Shown: positions 37,501-48,675 of the stretch, piece by piece
Numbering within the stretch: position 1 is the stretch's first letter
Layout: the number at the start of each line of letters is the position of its first letter
NCBI GenBank assembly: GCA_032718475.1
Contig: JAUCBJ010008176.1
Coordinates: 1-64,000, forward strand
Direction: 5' to 3'
DNA length: 64,000 bases
Origin: Nemertoderma westbladi
Taxonomy: Eukaryota > Animalia > Xenacoelomorpha
The notes under the pieces: model-generated
Seen by the model: the letters and a program-made list of their open reading frames with translations, nothing else
Told to the model about the DNA's origin: nothing
Database searches by the model: none
Translations under genes and position numbers: made by a program

Positions 37501-40500
37501 TAGAGGTTGATTTTATTTATATAAACTCACTGTATTCAAACTCCAGTCCTTAGAGGTTGATTTTATTTATATAAACTCACTTTATTCCAACTCCAGTCCT
37601 TAGAGGTTGATATTATTTATATAAACTCACTGTATTCCAACCACCGCCTTAGAGGTTGATTTTATTTATATAAACTCACTGTATTCCAACCACAGTCCTT
37701 AGAGGTTGATTTTATATATATAAACTCACTGCATTCCAACTCGTCCTTAGAGGTTGATTTTAATTATATAAACTCACTGTATTCAAACTCCAGTCCTTGA
37801 GGTTGATTTTATTTATATAAACTCACTGCATTCCAACCACAGTCCTTAGAGGTTGGTTTTCTTTATATAAACTCACTGTATTCCAACTCCAGTCATTAGA
37901 GGTTGATTTTATTTATATAAACTCACTGTATTCCAACCACAGTCCTTAGAGGTTGATTTTATTTATATAAACTCACTGTATTCCAACTCCAGTTCTTAGA
38001 GGTTGATTTTATTTATATAACCTCACTGTATTCCAACCACAGTCCTTAGAGGTTGATTTTATTTATATAAACTCACTGTATTCCAACTCCAATCCTTAGA
38101 GGTTGATTTTATTTATATAAACTCACTGTATTCCAACCACAGTCCTTAGAGGTTGATTTTATTTATATAAACTCACTGTATTCCAACCACAGTCCTTAGA
38201 GGTTGATTTTATTTATATAAACTCACTGTATTCCAACTCCAGTCCTTCGAGGTTGATTTTATTTATATAAACTCACTGCATTCCAACCACAGTCATTAGA
38301 GGTTGATTTTATTTATATAAACTCACTGTATTCCAACTCCAGTCCTTAGAGGTTGATTTTATTTATATAAACTCACTGTATTCCAACTCCAGTCCTTAGA
38401 GGTTGATTTTATTTATATAAACTCACTGTATTCCAACTCCAGTCCTTCGAGGTTGATTTTATTTTTATAAACTCACTGCATTCCAACCACAGTCATTAGA
38501 GGTTGATTTTATTTATATAAACTCATTGTATTCCAACTCCAGTCCTTAGAGGTTGATTTTATTTATATAAACTCACTGCATTCCAACCACAGTCCTTAGA
38601 GGTTGATTTTATTTATATTAACTCACTGCATTCCAACCACAGTCATTAGAGGTTGATTTTATTTATATAAACTCACTGTATTCCAACTTCAGTCCTTAGA
38701 GGTTGATTTTATTTATATAAACTCACTGCATTCCAACCACAGTCCTTAGAGGTTGATTTTATTTATATAAACTCACTGCATTCCAACCACAGTCATTAGA
38801 GGTTGATTTTATTTATATAAACTCACTGTATTCCAACTCCAGTCCTTAGAGGTTGATTTTATTTATATAAACTCACTGTATTCCAACTCCAGTCCTTAGA
38901 GGTTGATTTTATTTATATAAACTCACTGTATTCCAACCACCGCCTTAGAGGTTGATTTTATTTATATAAACTCACTGCATTCCAACCACAGTCATTAGAG
39001 GTTGATTTTATTTATATAAACTCACTGTATTCCAACTCCAGTCCTTAGAGGTTGATTTTATTTATATAAACTCACTGTATTCCAACCACAGTCCTTAGAG
39101 GTTGATTTTATTTATATAAACTCACTGTATTCCAACTCCAGTCCATACAGTTTGATTTTATTGCTCTCGTGTTGTGCCTTTTTCTTGAGCCGACAAGCCC
39201 GACTTGCTAGTCTGTTTTTCTCACGACGGACCGCGTCAGATTGTTTGGATCCCGCACCCTGTGGCTTTGGTTCAATTGCGTGGAGTTGGTCGTTGATTCG
39301 TTGTAGCTCATTTCCTAGTAACAGCAGTCTTCGGGGATTGGGCACAAAATCTTTGCTGGAAATATTTGACACTTCGGAGAGATGACGTTGTCGAGAATAT
39401 TTGCTTGAGGCCTCCGATAGGTGGCGCTGCCGAGATTGCTGACCTATTATAATATTGTTCCAAATATAATTTTATGTATTGAATCTCTAATTTAATATTT
39501 GTTAATTTTCATATTTATATATTTTATCATCAAAGGTGGGCTAAATGTAATTCGTAAAGGTAGTTCGGGCAGTGGTGTGGTGGTGCTTGGTGGCTACCAT
39601 ACCATACTACTACGGGATGCCAACTACACTAGTTACGAATTGCGGACCATTTTTTCCAATATTACACGTAGAGTCAGCTGGACTTATTTTTGCAATAATG
39701 TCTTAAATTTGAAGGTTGTAAAACAAGGCATAACATTCCATTAGTTTGTTTTACACTTTATGTTAAAAATTAATAAAAATAACCATCACAAAAATATAAG
39801 TGGGTGGGGGACTCTTATAATTCATCCCACTCCAGGGGAAAATATACACCAATAACTAACAGCGGGCAATTCAAAACTGAAACAATACAAAACTGTCTAT
39901 GTAATCCGAATTTTCCTTATTTGTTCTGCCGTATATTTTCAACAGTTTTGGTTAGAATTAAGTGCTACTGCACAATGTAACCTGCTCCTTTCCCTACAAC
40001 AATAGAACAACTTACCTAAAATATCGAGGGACCCGAATGACTGACAAGCCGAGTAACAACTACTAGATTCCGAATTATTGCGATTGCGTCTCTCTGTCTT
40101 TGTTCGCGTTTTATAAACTTTAATATCCCAAAGTTTAGCGACCACTGAAGGGTGCTTTGTGTCTGGAGTTTCCATGGATGACTCAACAGGGTCTGGGATA
40201 GTAAGAATATGTATATAAATATATAAGGCCAAGAGGCCAAAGAAAGAAAGTTAGAAACCATACCCAAAATAGAAAAATAACTTTATTACGAAAGAAACAA
40301 TTAATTAATCGTCTTTAGGTTCACATCTTCAGGCCATTATCACAACATTCCTTCTACGGGGTATTCTGGTTGCCATCGTGATAGGGAATGCCGCCCTCAT
40401 CACGGCTATGACAGGCTCTTCGTCAAGGGAGTAATAATTTATTGAATTCCAGGGTCCAGTTTAAAGCGTTTAGTTAACAATGAGAACTGATTTCAATTGT

Positions 40501-43500
40501 TATATTGAATTAATTAATTACAATAGTCGGTCGAAGCCGGAGGCAACCCAAACAAAAAGGCTACTTCTATAAATTAATTATGAATAATATAGGTATATTT
40601 AATATTTATCTCAAATAAAAAATACATACAGCTATGATAACTGTGTGTATAATCTGTCCCATGTTGTATCATAGCTGTACGTTTAGTCTGTCCCATGTTG
40701 TATCATAGCTGTATGTTTTGGGTCCCATGTTGTATCATAGCTGTATGTTTAGTCTGTCCCGTGTTGTATTATAGCTGTATGTTTAGGGTCCCATGTTGTA
40801 TCATAGTTGTATGTTTAGTCTGTCCCATGTTGCATCATAGCTTTATGTTTAGGGTCCCATGTTGTATCATAGTTGTATGTTTAGTTAGGGTCCCATGTTG
40901 TATCATATCTGTATGTTTAGGGTCCCATGTTGTATCATAGTTGTATGTTTAGTCTGTCCCATGTTGTATCATAGCTGTATGTTTAGGGTCCCATGTTGTA
41001 TCATATCTGTATGTTTAGGGTCCCATGTTGTATCATAGTTGTATGTTTAGTCTGTCCCATGTTAGCTGTATGTTTAGTCTGTCCCATTTTGTATCATAGT
41101 TGTATGTTTAGTCTGTCCCATGTTGTATCATAGCTGTATGTTTAGGGTCCCATGTTGTATCATAGCTGTATGTTTGTTTAGTCTGTCCCATGTTGTATCA
41201 TAGTTGTATGTTTAGTCTGTCCCATGTTGTATCATAGCTGTATGTTTAGTCTGTCCCATTTTGTATCATAGTTGTATGTTTAGTCTGTCCTATGTTGTAT
41301 CATAGCTGTATGTTTAGTCTGTCCCATGTTGTATCATAGTTGTATGTTTAGGGTCCCATGTTGTATCACAGCTCTATGTTTAGTCTGTCCCATGTTGTAT
41401 CATAGCTGTATGTTTAGTCTGTCCCATTTTGTATCATAGTTGTATGTTTAGTCTGTCCTATGTTGTATCATAGCTGTATGTTTAGTCTGTCCCATGTTGT
41501 ATCATAGTTGTATGTTTAGGGTCCTATGTTGTATCACAGCTCTATGTTTAGTCTGTCCCATGTTGTATCATAGCTGTATGTTTAGTCTGCCCCATGTTGT
41601 ATCATAGCTGTATGTTTAGTCTGTCCCTTGTTGTATCATAGTTGTATGTTTAGGGTCCCATGTTGTATCATAGTTGTATGTTTAGTCTGTCCCATGTTAG
41701 CTGTATGTTTAGTCTGTCCTATTTTGTATCATAGTTGTATGTTTAGTCTGTCCTATGTTGTATCATAGCTGTATGTTTAGTCCGACCCATGTTGTATCAT
41801 AGCTGTCTGTTTAGGGTCCTATGTTGTATCATAGTTGTATGTTTAGTCTGTCCCATGTTATATCATAGTTGTATGTTTAGTCTGTCCCATATTGTATCAT
41901 AGCTGTATGTTTAGGGTCCTTTATGTGGGGCAGGGCGGTGGGACATTGCGGTGGGACAGGGCGGTGGGACAGGGCGGTGGGGCAGGGCGGTGGGGCAGGG
42001 CGGTGGGGCAGGGCGGTGGGACAGGGCGGTGGGACAGGGCGGTGGGACAGGGCGATGGGGTAGGGCGGTGCGACAGGGCGGTAGGGCAGGGCGGTGGGGC
42101 AGGGCGGTGGGGCAGGGCAGGCGCAGAGAGGGGGAGGGGGGGGGGGGGGGGGGAGGCAGCCCCCATACACCTGGCCTCGTACGCCTATATGGTTAGTAGT
42201 ATGAATAATATAATTTAAAATGAAAGTAATTGACAGTAATGTATGTACGGCAGTATAATTGCTCACCATCCCCTAAGATTTCCTCACTATCGTCGCTTAT
42301 GTTATCATTATCTTCGGATAAATCGTCTATTGAGTCCATATAACTCGATGCGCTCGTGCTGTAATTACCGCTGTCATTGCGACAACGATATGGGTGTATG
42401 AGGGGAACTACAGTTGTCGGGGAAGTTAATGTCTGTAAAATAATAAAGAACCAGGTTTCACTACAACTTTAGTTAAGTACATAGTTCTGCAACGTTATTC
42501 ACATTATTCAATATGCATATGATATGAAGTGTGGCCTTCGCGCAGCATGTGAGACTAATTTATGACAAGTAACAACTCGAAAGGATTACATAAAATATGA
42601 GAAGATTCCATCTGATAAATTATTTTTCGCTCTCCATTTTCCCTCTAGACTTTGTAACAGCAGTGGAAGAACGTTTAATGTTTAGACCTTCAGCCCTCTG
42701 CCTCTAGCGTGAAGTCTGTTGAACTGATGGTGCCTAAAATCTGTCAAAAATTTCCACTTTTGGTCCTATTTATGTCTAGTCTACAAATTTTCAACTCAAC
42801 AGATGTAATCACACATTATTGTCCCTACTACTACTACTACTACGACCACCCTAATACGTGTCTCCTTAAAGAATGAACCGATACTATGACTTAGATCCAT
42901 AGACAGACATGGAGAGTAAATAGAACACGCTGTTCCTTTCCCACCACAGATTGATGGAATTAATAAAATAATAACAAAAGAAGGATTAGTCTGAGAAATC
43001 AAATATAGTGATAATTAATTATAATTATAATATACACCCCCACTCGGGGTAAATTAAACATAAGAAACAGTAAGAGTTAAACAGTAAGTAACAGTAACCG
43101 GGAGTATACACTATGCAGAAATAATACACGTACGTAACGGGGACACAGTAATTGAAACAGTAAGTACAGTATACATACCGGGAATATATAACAATATAAT
43201 TAATAAACCTACTGTAGTAAGTTGATGTAGGTTGTAGCTGTGAGAGTGAGTGTAGCAGTTAATTTTGGTGTGTGTCAGTGTTTGGTTGTGTACCGTTTTT
43301 GATGGGTGACAGTAATTTGGATTATGTATGTAGTGTGTGAGTGGGGCGGTCTATGAGGCAAGCTGAGAGAGCGAGGGGACGTTGGGGCAGTCAAGGACGT
43401 GATATCGAAAGGCACAGGAGTTGTGGCAGTATTTGCATTGGCAGTCCGGTGTTAGTTCGTGGAATGGCTTGTTGTTAAGACACAATTTATGGTGAAAGCC

Positions 43501-46500
43501 GTGTGCTGTAGTTCTAGTAGTGATGTGACGGTTTTTCTGACCAGGAAGCTTCCAGGTATTGGAAGTGAAGGCAGGACCGAGAATGTATTGTTCTATGTTA
43601 AAGTTGTTAATGCGTTCGAGCCTGTGCTGTCTGTATTGGGATTGGATTTCGTTGTCGAATATGTTAGGATGTTTTTCTATAATAGATTCTACTAGTGTTG
43701 GTTCATTTACAAGTTTTAGTGCCAATGTGGTGGATGTCGAAATATGTAGACCTAACAGACGTTTAATAAATGTAGCTTTGATTTTGTCAAGTTCCTTTAG
43801 GTGCTTTACTTTTAGAAATTTTGCGAAAACTGGGAGGGCATATTCTATAATGGGTGCTATTTTTACGTTGAATATTTTAAGGCCTGTTTCTACCGAAAGT
43901 AAGGGTAACATATTGAATGAACCGATGAGTTTGAAAGCTTTTTCCTTTTTAGACTTAATGTGGTTCGTAAAGCAGAGTGTTGGTTGTAGAATTACTCCTA
44001 AGTATTCATATTGATTTACTATTTTGATGTTTTCGTTTCCGTATGTGAATGTGTCTGTAAGAGCTAGTCTACCCGATCGTCTGAATTTTATTATTTTAGT
44101 TTTTGTTAAGTTAACTACCATGCCGTTTGAAGTGCACCAGTCATGTAAGATATTTAAACCAAGTTGGACATGTTCACGGTTGTTTGAGTACAGTACGAGA
44201 TCGTCAGCATAGAATACAAACCTAAGTAAAGATATTGTTCGTCGTAAGAGGTATGCGAGATCGGCTATAAAAATAATAAATAATGTAGGTGATAGGCAGT
44301 CCCCTTGTAAAACCTTGTAATATAGTGATAATAATGATGCATTCGTATAATAGACGCGGCATCAATAAACAAGTTATCCAGTATCCCTCCAATAACTGGC
44401 GTATCTTTCCAAATTAATATTTAATATTGTTGCCAATTGCAATTCCACTTAATAATAAAGATAATCTCACAATCACTATCCAATCCACTGCCACTCCCCG
44501 GCTCAGATAGGGGGGGAAACTGGACGCAATAAAATTCATCCCTCTACAGGGGAAATTGGACGCAAATAACAGAGGATTACTCTCAAAAATAAAACTGTAA
44601 CCTGTTATATTGTGTTTACACTGTTTAGTTTATTGTTTTGGTTAAAATAACGTGCCACTGTAACCTGCTCCTTTCCCTAAATTGAAAAGGTCAGTGAGAA
44701 CCCTTGAACGCAATGGCACTCCGTCAGTGAGAACCCTGAACGCAATGGCACTCCGTCAGTGAGAACCCTGAACGCAATGGCACTCCGTCAGTGAGAACCC
44801 TTGAACGCAATGGCACTCCGTCAGTGAGAACCCTTGAACGCAATGGCACTCCGTCAGTGAGAACCCTTGAACGCAATGGCACTCCGTCAGTGAGAACCCT
44901 GAACGCAATGGCACTCCGTCATTGAGAACCCTGAACGCAATGGCACTCCGTCATTGAGAACCCTGAACGCAATGGCAACTCCGTCAGTGAGAACCCTGAA
45001 CGCAATGGCACTCCGTCAGTGAGAACCCTTGAACGCAATGGCACTCCGTCAGTGAGAACCCTGAACGCAATGGCACTCCGTCATTGCGAACCCTTGAACG
45101 CAATGGCACTCTGTCAGTGAGAACCCTGAACGCAATGGCACTCCGTCATTGAGAACCCTGAACGCAATGGCACTCCGTCAGTGAGAACCCTTGAACGCAA
45201 TGGCACTCCGTCAGTGAGAACACTTGAACGCAATGGCACTCCGTCATTGAGAACCCTGAACGCAATGGCACTCCGTCAGTGAGAACCCTTGAACGCAAGG
45301 GCACTCCGTCAGTGACAACCCTTGAACGCAATGGCACTCCGTCAGTGAGAACCCTTGAACGCAATGGCACTCCGTCAGTGAGAACCCTTGAACGCAATGG
45401 CACTCATTCAGTGAGAACACTTGAACGCAATGGCACTCCGCCAGTGAGAACCTGAAAGCAATGGCACTCAGTCAGTGAGAACCCTTGAAGGCAATGGCAC
45501 TCCGTCAGTGAGAACCCTTGAACGCAATGGCACCCCGTCAGTGACAACCCTTGAACGCAATGGCACCCCGTCAGTGAGAACCCTTGAACGCAATGGCACT
45601 CCGTCAGTGAGAACCCTTGAACGCAATGCCACTCCGTCAGTAAAAACCTTGAACGCAATGGTACTCCGTCAGTGAGAACCCTTGAACGCAATGGCACTCC
45701 GTCAGTGACAACCCTTGAACGTAATGGCACTCCGTCAGTGAGAACCCTTGAACGCAATGGCACTCCGTCAGTGACAACCCTTGAACGTAATGGCACTCCG
45801 TCAGTGAGAACCCTTGAACGCAATGGCACTCCGTCAGTGAGAACCCTTGAACGCAATGCCACTCCGTCAGTAAAAACCTTGAACGCAATGGTACTCCGTC
45901 AGTGAGAACCCTTGAACGCAATGGCACTCCGTCAGTGAAAACCTTGAACGCAATGGTACTCCGTCAGTGAGAACCCTTGAACGCAATGGCACTCCGTCAG
46001 TGAGAACCCTTGAACGCAATGGCACTCCGTCAGTGAGAACCCTGAACGCAATGGCACTCCGTCAGTGAGAACCCTGAATGCAATGGCACTCCGTCAGTGA
46101 GAACCCTTGAACGCAATGCCACTCCGTCAGTGAAAACCTTGAACGCAATGGCCGATTCCTGGCATTCCATTTTTTGATTCTCTTCTGCCGGTTAAAAGTG
46201 ACAGTTTTAATTAAGTTTTTTTAAAAGTTTTTAATTAAAGTGACCTTTTAATTTTATGATTTTTGATTTTAATTTGTTTGTGTTCGGCAAAGATGAATTG
46301 AATCACACTACAAACAAAATAAAGATACAAAGAGAGATAGAGAGAGATAGGACAAACTTACCATTCGCCTCACCGGACTTCCTGTACCCCGGAGGTCCGC
46401 TCGCCTCACCGGACTTCCTGTACCCCGGGCGTCCGCAACAAGCTGGCCTTTTGGTCTATCGAGACTGCCGAGTCGAGGTCTGGGCGGCAGACGGGGTCGG

Positions 46501-46977
46501 GGCGCGTCGAGGCTGCACACCCGTGGCCGGGACCACGGCGACGGTGACGAGGGACTCATGGATGTGTCGGGGAACCCGGGAGGGTATGCGGCGGGCGGCC
46601 CGTCCGACGGACAAAAGCGCTCCTCCGGGAAGTCCTCAAGTTGCAGCCGCATCGTCTGGGATGTTTGCTGGAATTGAGGCGGCGGCGGTCTGCACTGGAA
46701 CTCTGATGGCGGTTGTCTGTACGACTGAGACTGCAGGCAGAACGGTTGCTGTGAATTCTGGGAAATCTGCATTTCTTCGGTCTTGAAATAGGATGTTTGC
46801 TGTACATATTGCTGAAATTGCTGTGCAGGGAACTCCTGCTTGACACGCTGCTGTTGTAATTCGTGATTTATTTTCTGATGTCTCTGTAACTGCTCTTGCC
46901 GCTGCAGTTGTCTCTGTTGCTGTAGCTGCTGTTGTTGCTGATGTTGTTGCTGTTGCTGCTGTTGCTGTAGCTGCTGA

Positions 46978-47021
<44 letters not shown>

Positions 47022-48257
47022 TTGTTGTTGTTGCTGTAGCTGCTGATGTTGTTGTTGCTGCTGTTGTTGCTGCTGTAGCTGCTGATGTTGTTGTTGCTGC
47101 TGTTGTTGCTGTTGTAGCTGCTGATGTTGTTGTTGCTGCTGTTGTTGCTGTTGTAGCTGCTGATGTTGTTGCTGTTGTTGTTGTTGTTGATATTGTTGCT
47201 GTTGTTGTTGCTGTTGTTGTAGCTGTTGTTGTAGATGTTGCTGCAGGACATCACGATTAGGTTGAAGCGAACGCTCGGGATGTTCAGATGTAAACTTCCG
47301 AACATGTTCTCCACAATTTTGGACTTCTAAATCCAATGCAGCCTGCGCGAGGGGTCTTGGTTGTGTGACTATATGGGAGCTACCAGTTCCGGACCGCTGT
47401 TTGTGTTTAGATGCCGCTGAGATGACGTAGATGGGATTGTTTGTCTGCGGGTCGGGTTTGCCTACCTCGACGAGGAAGTGGGTCGCGTTCGGAGCTGCCG
47501 GCGAGACGAGATAGGCTGTTTGTCCTCCCTGCAGGGATGGGTCGCTCCCTTTGGAGACCGCGGTTATATAATGGGTAACATTACGCACTAGACCCGTGAG
47601 TCCAGACGCGGGGACCAGTTTGGCAACCGAGGGGTTGGGCAACTTAGTCGCTTCCTTCTCCTGTAGCGTTGGATCATTAAGTTGCGTTAGTGTTGGACCT
47701 GGATCGCCCTTGAATGTCGGCTCATCCCATGGGTCCTCCGTAGATAGGTCGAACATATCTGTCGTCCACGGTTCACTGATATCCGATTGTGAGTCTATGA
47801 TTTTTATTAATTCTTGAATGGAATAGTCCTTGTAGGGATTCACTCTTCCGTCATTCTAGAGATATTCAAAAAATTTAGTCATCAACATTATTGTTTTCAC
47901 ATGTTATTATAAATTATCGTGTACAAATACGACACTACAAAATTTTTGCCTACCAAATTAAATTCTTCCAATACCAAATATTTCGACATACGAATTATGT
48001 TTATTGTTAATTAAGTTTCAATTACAGTTTGGGCTGTTAAATCAAATTTAAATTTGTATTCGTATTATATTTTGTAGGCCATTAAATGGTAGCCCAAATA
48101 TTATATAATTTAAAAAATTAATATAAAGGAAGCGAATGTTCATAGGGACGCTTACCTCCTCCAGACTGTCTAGAGACAGACCCTGGTTGAGTTGGTCTTC
48201 CTCTATACTCCTGGCATAAGGGAAGGGACCGCTCCCAATGCCATACAGTGTAGCCAT
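19480..48257 (-). CDS. CREBRF: CREB3 regulatory factor / REPTOR ortholog (bZIP), 7 coding exons: 48257-48156, 47855-46362, 42432-42267, 40192-40016, 39443-39126, 20448-20287, 19577-19480; 2517 nt, 838 aa
   Basis: PNPRRLLLLGNELQRIN...[48 protein letters not shown]...IAGNTEAYINSVL matches the CREBRF bZIP and C-terminus; all introns GT-AG; phases 0,0,1,1,1,1 join into one open frame. Confidence 0.9.
20287..20448 (-). CDS. CREBRF: CREBRF coding exon 6
   Basis: Acceptor TTATTTACAG, donor G|GTGAGT; encodes [18 protein letters not shown]...KLANMMTSAMH. Confidence 0.85.
21314..21480. repeat. 28-bp minisatellite, about 6 copies
   Basis: Unit AAGGGGCACGGTACATATACAAGGATAT. Confidence 0.9.
21505..24556. 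repeat. 59/60-bp satellite, about 51 copies (CREBRF intron 5)
   Basis: Unit TTGATTTTATATAAACGCTCATTGAACTTATTGTATTTCAACTCACCCACCTACATATGG. Confidence 0.95.
24715..34440. repeat. 9.7-kb purine-rich complex satellite (16/20-bp GGGAATGTGGGAAGAT[GGAT] core) with a 2771-bp internal duplication
   Basis: Direct reading; identical ORF translations offset by 2771 bp (27794/30565, 28932/31703, 29680/32451). Confidence 0.95.
26763..26839 (+). pseudogene. Isolated exon of an hnRNP L/Smooth (or PTB)-like RRM protein embedded in satellite
   Basis: Unique island with acceptor TTATTTCTACAG| and donor GTG|GTAAGG; encodes (D)SRSRTGLIQFDTVDDAVTAVLLGNV, resembling RRM4 of hnRNP L/Smooth; no other exons identified. 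Confidence 0.55.
34441..39162. repeat. 50-bp satellite, about 90 copies, derived from the CREBRF exon 5/intron 5 junction
   Basis: Unit AAACTCACTGTATTCCAACTCCAGTCCTTAGAGGTTGATTTTATTTATAT; the last unit is the exon end itself. Confidence 0.95.
39126..39443 (-). CDS. CREBRF: CREBRF coding exon 5 (bZIP basic region)
   Basis: Acceptor ATAATAG|, donor TACA|GTGAGT; encodes KDFVPNPRRLLLLGNEL...[33 protein letters not shown]. Confidence 0.93.
40016..40192 (-). CDS. CREBRF: CREBRF coding exon 4
   Basis: Acceptor TACTATCCCAG|, donor TAG|GTAAGT; 177 nt, phase 1-1, open frame DPVESSMETP...GSLDIL. Confidence 0.75.
   Translation of the reverse strand, partial: TLLSHPWKLQTQSTLQWSLNFGILKFIKREQRQRDAIAIIRNLVVVTRLVSHSGPSIF
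40653..41920. repeat. 32/34-bp minisatellite (CREBRF intron 3)
   Basis: Unit GTCCCATGTTGTATCATAGCTGTATGTTTAGTCT with TAGGGTCCC variant. Confidence 0.92.
41925..42153 (+). repeat. 13-bp G-rich minisatellite plus poly-G (G-quadruplex-prone)
   Basis: Unit GGTGGG(A/G)CAGGGC, about 15 copies, followed by a G-run. Confidence 0.85.
42267..42432 (-). CDS. CREBRF: CREBRF coding exon 3 (acidic)
   Basis: Acceptor TTATTTTACAG|, donor ATG|GTGAGC; 166 nt, phase 0-1; TLTSPTT...MDSIDDLSEDNDNISDDSEEILGD. Confidence 0.78.
43351..44314 (-). mobile_element. 5'-truncated non-LTR retrotransposon (RT C-terminal part plus Cys/His knuckle) in CREBRF intron 2
   Basis: Open frame VLQGDCLSPTLF...FYADDLVL...NLTKTK...YEYLGVIL...CKYC...HVLDCP*. 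Confidence 0.85.
44510..44685. mobile_element. Dispersed MITE-like repeat (TTTATTGTTTTGGTT...GTAACCTGCTCCTTTCCCT family)
   Basis: Reverse-complement copy at about 48890-49040; related pieces at about 9270-9460, 20570-20670, 39975 and 51950-52020. Confidence 0.55.
44690..46152. repeat. 32/33-bp minisatellite, about 44 copies (CREBRF intron 2)
   Basis: Unit GTCAGTGAGAACCCTTGAACGCAATGGCACTCC. Confidence 0.95.
46362..47855 (-). CDS. CREBRF: CREBRF coding exon 2 (includes long polyQ region)
   Basis: Acceptor TCTCTAG|AAT, donor ATG|GTAAGT; 1494 nt open; contains PGPTLTQLN, resembling the CREBRF N-terminal PTLAQLN motif. Confidence 0.82.
48156..48257 (-). CDS. CREBRF: CREBRF first coding exon
   Basis: Kozak GTCACCATGG; 34 codons; donor GAG|GTAAGC in phase with exon 2; acceptor TTTTATAG at 48301 implies an upstream non-coding exon or trans-splicing. 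Confidence 0.72.
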
Positions 48258-48604
48258 GGTGACAGTGCCTTACAAGGCTCTGTCACACCCACAAACACGT
48301 CTATAAAATAAAACACCAAAATGGCAGACGATAATTTATGATGTTGGTATTCACGGTAGATACAATACAATGATACGTGATGGATCAAATTATAAACCGA
48401 ACCCGACCAGGAACCGACCCGAACAGGACGTGCAATATTATAATAATAACAAAAAATGGTTCCATATCAGGCGTCTTATCCCAGATGGAACAAAACATAT
48501 TATTCTTAAAGATATTCCGAGGGGTACTATTTACTATTTGCACAATAAACACGTTCTTGATTAAATCAAGAAAGTATAGGTGCCAGTAAAGTAGACCAGC
48601 CAGT

Positions 48605-48675
48605 GAGTGACTCAGTCAGTCTCCCAAACTAGACAACGAATGATGGTAAACGCGATAACACTATCACGTGAACCA
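48605..48675. promoter_or_regulatory. Candidate AP-1 (TGACTCA) and E-box/CLEAR-like (TCACGTGA) sites upstream of CREBRF
   Basis: TGACTCA at 48608-48614 and TCACGTGA at 48664-48671; motif match only. Confidence 0.25.

Noticed and set aside
46256-47314. ORFs 46256-46786 (+) and 46868-47314 (-, poly-Asn)
   Set aside because: Antisense or alternative frames of CREBRF exon 2.
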